In this document: in pieces, positions 25,100 through 35,990 of the stretch
Numbering within the stretch: position 1 is the first letter of the stretch
Layout: each line of letters begins with the position of its first letter
From: Nemertoderma westbladi
Taxonomy: Eukaryota > Animalia > Xenacoelomorpha
NCBI GenBank assembly: GCA_032718475.1
Contig: JAUCBJ010008176.1
Span: 21,263-85,262 of the forward strand
Length of the DNA stretch: 64,000 nucleotides
Direction: 5' to 3'
The notes under the pieces: generated by a model
What the model was told of the DNA's origin: nothing
Seen by the model: the letters and a program-made list of their open reading frames with translations, nothing else
Database searches by the model: none
Program-made: the position numbers and the translations under genes

Positions 25100-25715
25100 C
25101 ATTCGCCTCACCGGACTTCCTGTACCCCGGAGGTCCGCTCGCCTCACCGGACTTCCTGTACCCCGGGCGTCCGCAACAAGCTGGCCTTTTGGTCTATCGA
25201 GACTGCCGAGTCGAGGTCTGGGCGGCAGACGGGGTCGGGGCGCGTCGAGGCTGCACACCCGTGGCCGGGACCACGGCGACGGTGACGAGGGACTCATGGA
25301 TGTGTCGGGGAACCCGGGAGGGTATGCGGCGGGCGGCCCGTCCGACGGACAAAAGCGCTCCTCCGGGAAGTCCTCAAGTTGCAGCCGCATCGTCTGGGAT
25401 GTTTGCTGGAATTGAGGCGGCGGCGGTCTGCACTGGAACTCTGATGGCGGTTGTCTGTACGACTGAGACTGCAGGCAGAACGGTTGCTGTGAATTCTGGG
25501 AAATCTGCATTTCTTCGGTCTTGAAATAGGATGTTTGCTGTACATATTGCTGAAATTGCTGTGCAGGGAACTCCTGCTTGACACGCTGCTGTTGTAATTC
25601 GTGATTTATTTTCTGATGTCTCTGTAACTGCTCTTGCCGCTGCAGTTGTCTCTGTTGCTGTAGCTGCTGTTGTTGCTGATGTTGTTGCTGTTGCTGCTGT
25701 TGCTGTAGCTGCTGA

Positions 25716-25759
<44 letters not shown>

Positions 25760-26593
25760 TTGTTGTTGTTGCTGTAGCTGCTGATGTTGTTGTTGCTGCT
25801 GTTGTTGCTGCTGTAGCTGCTGATGTTGTTGTTGCTGCTGTTGTTGCTGTTGTAGCTGCTGATGTTGTTGTTGCTGCTGTTGTTGCTGTTGTAGCTGCTG
25901 ATGTTGTTGCTGTTGTTGTTGTTGTTGATATTGTTGCTGTTGTTGTTGCTGTTGTTGTAGCTGTTGTTGTAGATGTTGCTGCAGGACATCACGATTAGGT
26001 TGAAGCGAACGCTCGGGATGTTCAGATGTAAACTTCCGAACATGTTCTCCACAATTTTGGACTTCTAAATCCAATGCAGCCTGCGCGAGGGGTCTTGGTT
26101 GTGTGACTATATGGGAGCTACCAGTTCCGGACCGCTGTTTGTGTTTAGATGCCGCTGAGATGACGTAGATGGGATTGTTTGTCTGCGGGTCGGGTTTGCC
26201 TACCTCGACGAGGAAGTGGGTCGCGTTCGGAGCTGCCGGCGAGACGAGATAGGCTGTTTGTCCTCCCTGCAGGGATGGGTCGCTCCCTTTGGAGACCGCG
26301 GTTATATAATGGGTAACATTACGCACTAGACCCGTGAGTCCAGACGCGGGGACCAGTTTGGCAACCGAGGGGTTGGGCAACTTAGTCGCTTCCTTCTCCT
26401 GTAGCGTTGGATCATTAAGTTGCGTTAGTGTTGGACCTGGATCGCCCTTGAATGTCGGCTCATCCCATGGGTCCTCCGTAGATAGGTCGAACATATCTGT
26501 CGTCCACGGTTCACTGATATCCGATTGTGAGTCTATGATTTTTATTAATTCTTGAATGGAATAGTCCTTGTAGGGATTCACTCTTCCGTCATT
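25100..26593 (-). CDS. CREBRF: CREBRF-like coding exon 2 (498 codons, polyQ-rich)
   Basis: Acceptor ATATCTCTAG|, donor ATG|GTAAGT, 1494 nt, phase 0/0, matches ORF 25046..26581. Contains GPTLTQLN and a long polyQ tract. Confidence 0.87.
25600..25985 (-). repeat. CAA/CAG polyglutamine tract with a 39-bp (13-aa, ...QHQQLQ...) higher-order unit
   Basis: Seen directly inside the exon-2 reading frame. Confidence 0.93.
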
Positions 26594-26893
26594 CTAGAGA
26601 TATTCAAAAAATTTAGTCATCAACATTATTGTTTTCACATGTTATTATAAATTATCGTGTACAAATACGACACTACAAAATTTTTGCCTACCAAATTAAA
26701 TTCTTCCAATACCAAATATTTCGACATACGAATTATGTTTATTGTTAATTAAGTTTCAATTACAGTTTGGGCTGTTAAATCAAATTTAAATTTGTATTCG
26801 TATTATATTTTGTAGGCCATTAAATGGTAGCCCAAATATTATATAATTTAAAAAATTAATATAAAGGAAGCGAATGTTCATAGGGACGCTTAC

Positions 26894-26995
26894 CTCCTCC
26901 AGACTGTCTAGAGACAGACCCTGGTTGAGTTGGTCTTCCTCTATACTCCTGGCATAAGGGAAGGGACCGCTCCCAATGCCATACAGTGTAGCCAT
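26894..26995 (-). CDS. CREBRF: CREBRF-like first coding exon (exon probably begins at 27038)
   Basis: Strong Kozak context GTCACCATGG with an in-frame TAA just upstream. 34 codons, donor GAG|GTAAGC, phase 0. Upstream acceptor TTTTATAG| at 27039-27040 implies an earlier 5' UTR exon. Confidence 0.8.
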
Positions 26996-28146
26996 GGTGA
27001 CAGTGCCTTACAAGGCTCTGTCACACCCACAAACACGTCTATAAAATAAAACACCAAAATGGCAGACGATAATTTATGATGTTGGTATTCACGGTAGATA
27101 CAATACAATGATACGTGATGGATCAAATTATAAACCGAACCCGACCAGGAACCGACCCGAACAGGACGTGCAATATTATAATAATAACAAAAAATGGTTC
27201 CATATCAGGCGTCTTATCCCAGATGGAACAAAACATATTATTCTTAAAGATATTCCGAGGGGTACTATTTACTATTTGCACAATAAACACGTTCTTGATT
27301 AAATCAAGAAAGTATAGGTGCCAGTAAAGTAGACCAGCCAGTGAGTGACTCAGTCAGTCTCCCAAACTAGACAACGAATGATGGTAAACGCGATAACACT
27401 ATCACGTGAACCAACCTTTCTGAATCTGGTAGGTCATTAAACTTTGCTTTGTATTTATAGTTACGTCCGCAAAGTTATCTAACATATCAATAGTTCAGCA
27501 CTCTAGCTTTCTCCTATCCCGAACCCATTAATTAATAAATCTTTTATGTTCTCGAGAGAGACAGGGGGGTAAACTGGACGCAAGTCCCATCTTGACGAAA
27601 TAATATCCCGCCTCAATGTTAAACTCTCAATTTAGAGAAAGGAGCAGGTTACAGTGGCACGTTATTTTAACCAAAACAATAAACTAAACTCAATAGAACA
27701 GGTTATAGTTTTATTTTTTATAGTAATCAACTGTTATTTGCGTCAAATTTCCCCTGGGGAGGGATGAATTTTTATTGCATGAATTTGATGGATGAATTTC
27801 TTTCGACGCAATAAAAGTTCATCCCTAAAATCGACGCAAATAACTGCTGAGAAAGTTGCATGTTGAAAGTTGAAAGCTCATTGTGTGACCCGGGCCTAAT
27901 AATGAATTGTATCACCTAACATTAACCGTACACCAATTACACTATGCTAATATTTATACTCTCAGGTATTATTTATACTAAATTAATACAAAATACAATG
28001 AATAAGAATATATTTTAGCAATATATTCCTCAGCAAACTGTTCCTTTTTGTAGAGTTTAAATACTATACTGCTTTACCCTATAAAATTGGGTTGGGGCTG
28101 GTTTACTGGTACTCAACCTCAACCAAGTAGTCAACCCATTGCCTAG

Positions 28147-28531
28147 CAGAGGCGTAGCGAGCCCTTCTGGCGCCCAGGGGAATGAAGCTGAGATACCTTT
28201 TAAATATTATATAACAGAATATAATATTTAAAAAAACATCTAAAAAAACAGTTTACTAAAAGTATATAACTATATCAAATCTATTATACAAAAGTTTGAT
28301 ATACTGAAATTATAATACTGTATATTTAATGGCGAGCGAAACGAGTAGAGAAAATTTTTACATTTTTCGCTTATGACACATGTCCTGTAAATACTGTATC
28401 ACAATCCCTGAATTTTCACTGATTTGTCTTATTTTTACAAGAATACTGACATTTGCCGGGCATTTCAGCGCCACCGGGTGAGTGCGCCCGGCTGCCCGGG
28501 GGAACATCCCCCCCCCCTCGCTACGCCTCTG
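28147..28531. mobile_element. hAT-type MITE, 385 bp
   Basis: Perfect 15-bp TIR CAGAGGCGTAGCGAG / CTCGCTACGCCTCTG and 8-bp TSD TTGCCTAG at 28139-28146 and 28532-28539. Confidence 0.92.
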
Positions 28532-30657
28532 TTGCCTAGCAGTTAAATAAGATGGATGCTATTAAGGTATGTGTGTGTACTGAATTTACATCCCCGCTTG
28601 GACTGCTGCTACAATAATGGACTGCATCGATATATTTCTGTTTTCACAATTGGGCGCAATGCCTCAACCATGCATGACAGTGTATGCCTATTACAGAATA
28701 CTCAGAAGTCAGGAAGTCAGAACTCACCATGTGAAGGAAGAGTTACATCAAACCAATATGCGTATGTAAATATTCTTGTAATTTGCAACGTCAAAAAATG
28801 TAATATTATTAGAAAGTAAGTTGAACTTCCAAATAAATACTACAAGGAATTCTATTTTCCATCTAAATAAGCAGTGGACGGAGCAGGCAGGCTTTAACAA
28901 AGGGAATAATGGACAGCCAGTAATAAGAAAGAGTTCCACAAAACAGCTGGTGTTTCATACTGACCAATGAGGAACGCGCATATTGGTTGTCCCAACTGGC
29001 GGCTGGATTTCCTGGTCATTCAACCCAATGATAGTAACAGTGTTAGTGCAGCACTGCTGTACAGGATCAATTGGATAGCGTTTGGCTTGGCCGCCACGAC
29101 TTTGGATAATGGATCAACCATATCACCAGCTGCAAGGCTATTAAGGATGAAACAGCCCCTCAGGGTTTGTAACAGGAAAGTTAACAAGCAACCTAAAAAG
29201 CATGATTCATCAAGGACGATGGAGAATCTTGCCACGTTTATTGAAGGGGATACAACTGGTTATCTATGTATGTTACACGAAATAGTGCAGTAGCAATGCC
29301 AGGTCATTCCACAATTATTCACATTTAAAATATGGCTATGCTATTATGTTACCTTGTGACGTTCCCTAGCACCCACGCACCCACCTAAACAAATTTGAAT
29401 ATAGTCCCAAAATGCAATGCACTTGTGCCGAAGGCCTATACAGATTCGTCATAAATATAAAATATAACTTCTATATGATTTCGGCCGAAAAGTGAAAACC
29501 TGGTATTCCGTATTCTACACATGACATGTAATTCTTTAGGGGTATTGATGTATAAATCCGGCGCTCCGGGGAAGCCTAATTATTAAGGAAATTATATAAT
29601 TAAAGGGAAACACTAATTAATTAAAGATTAAGTAATTATTCAATTGTAATTATAAACAAGTGATTAGATATGACCGACCTAATTAGATATGACCAACCAT
29701 CCCAGTCCTACACTTTATTGTGTCGGCAGTCCGGCAGAAACAAGGCCGCCCCCAATTCATTCGGTCATCAATACACGTTCGTGGGGCCTTCGCGCAGCAC
29801 GAGGCTTAGTTATGAGATACAGATTAATATTGAGCGACTCTACTGTATCAGAAACTCGGTATCTAAGAAATTTAACAAAACACCAGTAAATCAAAGAGAG
29901 GGAAAAGTCTTTATAATATGATATTAATTTATCATGTCAACACCTCAACGAGATTATTTAGCTAATTATTCTAAAGAACCATGATTAAGTACTCGGCAAT
30001 CATTTTGTAAGCTAAACACAATAACCAAGCTGGCTTATTAGTCTGGCTTATTACAATGCTGCCTTTGAGTAGAGGTGAGGTGTGGTTCGACTGGTTCCCC
30101 TTCCAAGCTAGGCCAGGCATGGCCTAGCTTGGAGGAGGAGGGAGCTATAGCTGAAGACGGGGCATTTTAATAACTTAATTACGTTTAGATCAATTAAAAA
30201 CACATTTCTTAAAGCAAATCTCTTGAAGTAATTAAAACTATAATGGAATGGGGTATGGGGAATACAGTTGTATAATTTTTAAGTATAATTATTTAAATCT
30301 TATACTAGAACATAGATTTCATTAACATTTGGCGTTATTTGGCATTTATTAACGTTTAAAATTGAACACGACAGAACAATAGAACGACAGACACACCGAT
30401 TGAGTTACTGGTGCCCGTATGCTAAGCTCGCTTACTTTCGTGGCTCGCCCCACACTTTCAGAATAAGTCCACTATCTACACTGGTTACTATAGCAATAAG
30501 CTGAAAGCTTTAAGTGGCGGGATTGCAGGTTGTACCTGGATTTTGGGGTGGGTTGGCTACGCCCAAAAATTAAACTATACTCTGTGCTCATGACTGTCCT
30601 TTATTGTTTTGCTTTGCTTTGATTTCCAGCTGCCCCTGCAACTATAATATATTCCTT

Positions 30658-30882
30658 GGCAAAGGCGACTGACCGAACCCATTGCCATTTAAAGGAGCAG
30701 GTTAGTAAAGGAGCAGGTTACAGAGACGTGTTGGGGGAACCAAAACAATAAACGAAAGTTAACACATGTTAAACGATTAAGGGTCCGGTCAATAATACAC
30801 AAGTAAAATATAAATCAGATATAAAGCTTCAATACGGTATTTAAAGGGTCCGGTGAATGGGTCCGGTCAGTAGCCACTTCCC
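30658..30882. mobile_element. MITE with imperfect TIRs
   Basis: Inverted GGCGACTGACCGAACCCATT / AATGGGTCCGGTCAGTAGCC near the ends; flanking direct repeat TATTCCTT at 30650-30657 and 30883-30890. Confidence 0.7.
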
Positions 30883-31638
30883 TATTCCTTTCCTTTAATT
30901 GATAAATTAACATTGTTGATTCGCCAAATGGTATTTGTAACTGAACTCATACCTGTATCAAATTCAGGTCGTATTTAGCCAATCGCAACTCACAAATGGG
31001 ACAACATGATAATAATATAGGCCTAGGCTTTCCTGGACTTTCAATTCATATTTATCAGACGGTTTCCATCCATCAGCAGAGGTTTCTCCATCACAATCCA
31101 TTGTGTTATTTATTTTGTGAGAATTATCTATTATATGAAACTCTGAAAGGGTGCTGATGTTGTATGCAAAACAAAAAACGAAACTCAACACAAGAACACG
31201 AGTTATAGTTTATTTTAAGTTTTTCGGGCTTTCGTTGGGCTCTAACGGCTTGTTTAGTTTCCCAACCATTGTATATCCGACCCTCCCTTCCAATTTTGTA
31301 TGAAGTTTCTAATCCACCACAAGTAGGTTTACTTATTCCTTTGGGATTTTGCAACATAATTACGGCATCTATGACGCTACTGCAGTGAACAGTACAGTGG
31401 GAAATTGCGGAACGGAAATTAGCAGAAACCTGAAGTGACCTTTTCTGCCTATCTAGCACTTGTCGGCAATAAATCACAGGTTAATGTGCCAGCCGCAGTC
31501 AATCATCAGCAACTTGGGTTGAATTTTCGGACGAGCTGCTTATTAACTTAATGTATCTTTCTCTCTCAATCGCCATCGGCCTACTACAGTTCAAATAAAT
31601 GGACCAGTGGATATATTATTGTTAAGGATTATTGTTAA

Positions 31639-31841
31639 GAGGGTAAACGCTACGCCTACAACTACGGTAAGCCCACTGCCTGACTGTTGATTCTCAAGCT
31701 GTTTATTTATCAATTAAATTGGCTTTTCTACTGTAGTTCTAACTCTCGTTTATTGTTTTGGTTCCTTTCAACTCGCCTCGGCAACCTTCTGCCTACAAGT
31801 AGGTGTAGCGTGTAGGTGTGTAGGCGTGGCCATTTACCCCC
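31639..31841. mobile_element. Mutator (MULE)-like MITE, 203 bp
   Basis: Imperfect TIR GAGGGTAAACGCTACGCCTACA / TGTAGGCGTGGCCATTTACCCCC and 9-bp TSD TATTGTTAA at 31630-31638 and 31842-31850. Confidence 0.75.
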
Positions 31842-32226
31842 TATTGTTAATTAATTGTAGAAGGTGTCGTCCCGTTACGGCAAATTTTTTGAGAGATTAG
31901 CCGTAACGCGACTTTCAAAGTCGCGGTACGGCTACTCTAAAAGTCGCGTTACGGCTAATCTATTGTCTTAGTTTTACATAGGGAATCATTATCAATAGTA
32001 TTCTATTGTGTTTACGTACAGATGAGAAAGGTTCGAAAAATTTAATGTAATAATGTTTTACAGCATGGGAGTCTCCGGGGGAGGGGGGGGGGGGATTTTA
32101 CCGTCTTTCATACTGTATGTTTTTCGACAACCTCACATTCAATATAATACTGTATTCTATGGTATTCTTAGTCACAGCCTCAAGCACAGGTACCGAATAC
32201 AGCCAATAATAGCAGCCGAAGAAGCA

Positions 32227-33090
32227 ATGAGTGGTTTTGTGGAACATATTCCACTACTTCATATCGATGTTGTTAACCAACGCCTGGCTCGCTACCTGGA
32301 CCATATGGCGTTCTGTTTGGGGACTGACAAGCAGGCAATGGCCGTCCTTCCAGCCGCCGATCACCCAGTTGAAGGTCCAGCTGCATTGGGAGGGGGTGGT
32401 GATCCCGACTGGTATGTTGGTGTATTGAACCACCCCTTCGCGGCCGAACCATTTCTTCCCAACCCACCCCCGAACCACCCCTTCGCGGCCGAACCATTCC
32501 AACCCACCCCACCACTGAACCACCCCTTCGCGGCCGAACCATTTCTTCCCAACCCACCCCCGAACCACCCCTTCGCGTCCGAACCATTCCAACCCACCCC
32601 ACCACTGAACCACCCCTTCGCGGCCGAACCATTTCTTCCCAACCCACCCCCGAACCACCCCTTCGCGGCCGAACCATTCCAACCCACCCCACCACTGAAC
32701 CACCCCTTCGCGGCCGAACCATTTCTTCCCAACCCACCCCCGAACCACCCCTTCGCGGCCGAACCATTTCTTCCCAACCCACCCCCGAACCACCCCTTCG
32801 CGTCCGACCCATTCCAACCCACCCCACTACTGAACCACCCCTTCGCGGCCGAACCATTTCTTCCCAACCCACCCCCGAACCACCCCTTCGCGGCCGAACC
32901 ATTTCTTCCCAACCCACCCCCGAACCACCCCTTCGCGTCCGAACCATTCCAACCCACCCCACCACTGAACCACCCCTTCGCGGCCGAACCATTTCTTCCC
33001 AACCCACCCCCGAACCACCCCTTCGCGGCCGAATTATTCCAACCCACTCCACCACCGAACCAAATATCATACGCGGCGATGACTGGCTAA
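32227..33090 (+). CDS. Hypothetical proline-rich ORF with 14 in-frame 45-bp repeats (NHPFAAEPFLPNPPP); coding status uncertain
   Basis: Part of ORF 32053..33090: unique N-terminal segment plus indel-free 15-aa repeats at 32428-33060. Lies between inverted 20-bp motifs. No recognisable domain. Confidence 0.35.
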   Translation: MSGFVEHIPLLHIDVVNQRLARYLDHMAFCLGTDKQAMAVLPAADHPVEGPAALGGGGDPDWYVGVLNHPFAAEPFLPNPPPNHPFAAEPFQPTPPLNHPFAAEPFLPNPPPNHPFASEPFQPTPPLNHPFAAEPFLPNPPPNHPFAAEPFQPTPPLNHPFAAEPFLPNPPPNHPFAAEPFLPNPPPNHPFASDPFQPTPLLNHPFAAEPFLPNPPPNHPFAAEPFLPNPPPNHPFASEPFQPTPPLNHPFAAEPFLPNPPPNHPFAAELFQPTPPPNQISYAAMTG

Positions 33091-33111
33091 TTCAAGAGCT
33101 TTTAATTTCTT

Positions 33112-33284
33112 TTAATTTAGTAATTATTGTATTATTTTTGTACCACAGTACACAGTACCATATAGGTAAATTGGTCGAAAGTATACCTGTATCAGTATTT
33201 TGCCGAAATATGGCACTTTGAATTTATCATTATAATGGTACTGTGTACTGTGGTACAAAAATAATACAATAATTACTAAATTAA
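33112..33284. repeat. Long inverted repeat, arms of about 48 bp with a spacer of about 75 bp
   Basis: TTAATTTAGTAATTATTGTATTATTTTTGTACCACAGTACACAGTACCA followed by its reverse complement from about 33236. Confidence 0.9.
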
Positions 33285-35888
33285 GTTTTTACTATGAAAA
33301 TTAGCCGTAACGCGACTTTAGCCGTACCGCCACTGCGCCATTGTAGAATTCCCATAACTGTTGCCATGGAAACTCCTATAGAATCCTCATATATGTAACA
33401 TGATTTAGTGTGTTACTTACAAAGCTTGTAAGTTTGGGTGTTCTCGTTGAGTAACAATAAGGGGGTGTACAGATTATCACGGGATTTATATCTATATTTT
33501 ACGGGATTTAGTGCGTTGTTACGGGATGGAGTCTCTTGGTGTTACGGGAATTAGTGTTTTCGTTGTGTAACAGGTTTCCGTGTCTTTGCAATTGTTACAT
33601 GGCTTAGTGCGTTACAAGGATTGGTTGTTCAGTAGGTACCATACTGACCTGACACAGTATACTAGTCGCAGACACAAACATGCGACTGCGATAAGCAGAT
33701 CACCCTAGGGGTTATTCTCTCTCCTATCCATGTTACTATCCCCCTCCTTCATTAGGATCATCTCTCTCCCTCACATATTAACCACGCATCTCTCAAGGAT
33801 ACTGCGGGCGGGAACCTCTGATGCGATCGATTGGTCACAGTCCTCCAGTATCGTCGCGTCAGTTAGTCCAACTCAACCGAGACTTACTCTAACCGGATAG
33901 TTGCGGGTGGGATAGTTGCTGCGGCAGCCAGCAGCCGGCACACGCAATGATAAAAGCTCTAATAAATATACCGCACCCTGCGACCAATGCTTATTACAGT
34001 ACTCATCGATATTAACAATAAAAATAATGGATGCCTTTGTAAATATTATATGGCGATAGAAATGAGTTAGTTATATAGGTTAAGAGTTACTAGTATTGAA
34101 TTGTTTAATGAAGATAAGAATGAATAAATATCACAATTATAAGCATAGAGTTTTGCTTGGATCAATGACATTCGTTTTCTAATCTTACGAGATGGAAAAT
34201 AATCCTTCAGATCTATGAATCCCTTAATCATGTATGACATCTTTATCATTATAAATCATGACGGTTACCAAATTATTATGTGTATTAATCACCACGGCAA
34301 CGCTTTCATAAACACAACCATAATCACTCTGTCGCATTGATAACTAGTTTTATTTTACAGCCAGGGCCATAAACGTATAGTTGAATAAACTAGCATATAT
34401 CATCGCCCAGTAATTAAATACAAGTGAAGTGTGTCAGTCCTTTTGTGGGCCGTAGGAGCGCACATATTATTTGGCACTCATTTTAACAGGATGAGTCGTC
34501 GTCACTCCTCTGTCCTGTACACTTGGCCATGATATTTACGTATCCCTCCGGTGGAAAGCAAACACAGAGAAGTAATATTCATTGCCAGTTCCGATAATGA
34601 TTGACACATGATTGGCAATATCAGATATAATAATTCTATAACGGGTTTCCTAATCACCTTGCTACGATTACATCACCAAGTTCTGTTATATTGGAAGACA
34701 AACAGCGCGAAACATAGTTTATTGTTTATAATAGACATAGCGTTGCTAGGAAATAAAAAATATGCAGATCTGAGGGTGAGAGGATACAGATCAGGTTTAT
34801 TCGATAGGTTTTTCCTGGTTGCGATAAGTCGATGGGTGGATAGGGTGTGATGGCGATGTGAATATGTACTCAATTGTACTGTTGTTATACGAATATAACT
34901 AATAAATGTATATACAATAGAAAGGTTGCTAGGCAGCCATAGAATGCCGGACGTTAAACAATTCTACAGTATACTGTATTAATAACTCAAGAAAACTGTC
35001 GCGTCACTGCCTTTTCTTTATATCATATTTATGAACATGACGACGAGGGCAAGCGAGCCAATTGTTATATTTCGAGTTTGGACTCTAAGATAAGAATATT
35101 GTTTACTTATGTAAAACTTCATCTCTGCACTCGTTCGGTACTTTAATACACTCGAGTCATGTCGTTGAAATTGCTACTTTTCACACAACGATGTAAATAA
35201 TAATATCACTTGAGTGAGTTGATAATATAATCCAATGCTACATAACTACAATGTAACGAGATACCGCTACATCGAGAACTCTTCAACAGCTGTTATTAAT
35301 CTCAACCTTAGCATGTTACCGAGGTGGTGTTGCTACCTCGAATTAAAAGTCCCATGTGGTCGTGTAAGTCATTATCCCCAGCATCCAAGAAATTGAGGAA
35401 TTATTTTGAGGAAATGTCCGCTAATTTAATATATATATTTAGAGCGAAGTGCGGCAACCAGCAAATACAGTGCTGAAATGGTATTGGGTGGTGATGCAAT
35501 ATTACTCAAAAACATAATACAAACCGTACCCCCCCCCCCCCCCCCCCCCCCAAGCCGCACAGGGGGCCATTGGACAACTTTTATCGGACTTGTGAGTTGC
35601 GCCAGGGGGCCGGTCTTGCCCCACTGAACATCTCTCTTAAATTAACATAACCAGTAATAACAACCTAAAAAAATAATACTAAATGAAACTCAGTGGAATT
35701 AAACTTAATTAAGAATTCAATATTTATGAAATTCATACACCTATATTCTACAACATCCGAATTTTGTGGTTAAAGACGGCCAAGTACAGTATGATTGAGC
35801 ACAGTGGAAGCAGATGTTTGTATTGACAGATGCAAGGCCATGAGGAGGTAAATTGCGGACATACAAGGAATCAGATAGTATTTCCACC

Positions 35889-35990
35889 TGAGCCGCTAGC
35901 TGAATGGTTAGAGCGTCAGACTTCCAACCCGGAGGTCACCAGTTCGATCCCACCTGTACGTCATTGCTTTGCAAAGCTGTACCCCAGTTA
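35889..35990 (+). mobile_element. tRNA-derived SINE head or tRNA pseudogene
   Basis: Pol III A box TAGCTGAATGGTTAG and B box GTTCGATCCC at tRNA spacing. Anticodon and acceptor stems do not pair, so it is not a functional tRNA. Confidence 0.7.

Noticed and set aside
24994-25524. Plus-strand 176-aa ORF and other antisense ORFs over CREBRF exons and the LINE
   Set aside because: Shadow frames of real coding sequence on the opposite strand.
28860-29290. Possible decayed retroviral-type aspartic protease on the minus strand (…FSIVLDES…, …TIIGLNDQEIQPPVGT…)
   Set aside because: No intact D-T/S-G motif, several frameshifts required, and no LTR or other pol domains nearby. Only a profile search could support it.
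30102-30133. 14-bp-stem hairpin (similar 11-bp hairpin at 52006-52035)
   Set aside because: Short, with no supporting context such as a Helitron CTRR end or RNA-gene features.
35889-35960. Functional tRNA-Gly(TCC)
   Set aside because: Anticodon and acceptor stems do not pair; treated as a SINE head or pseudogene.
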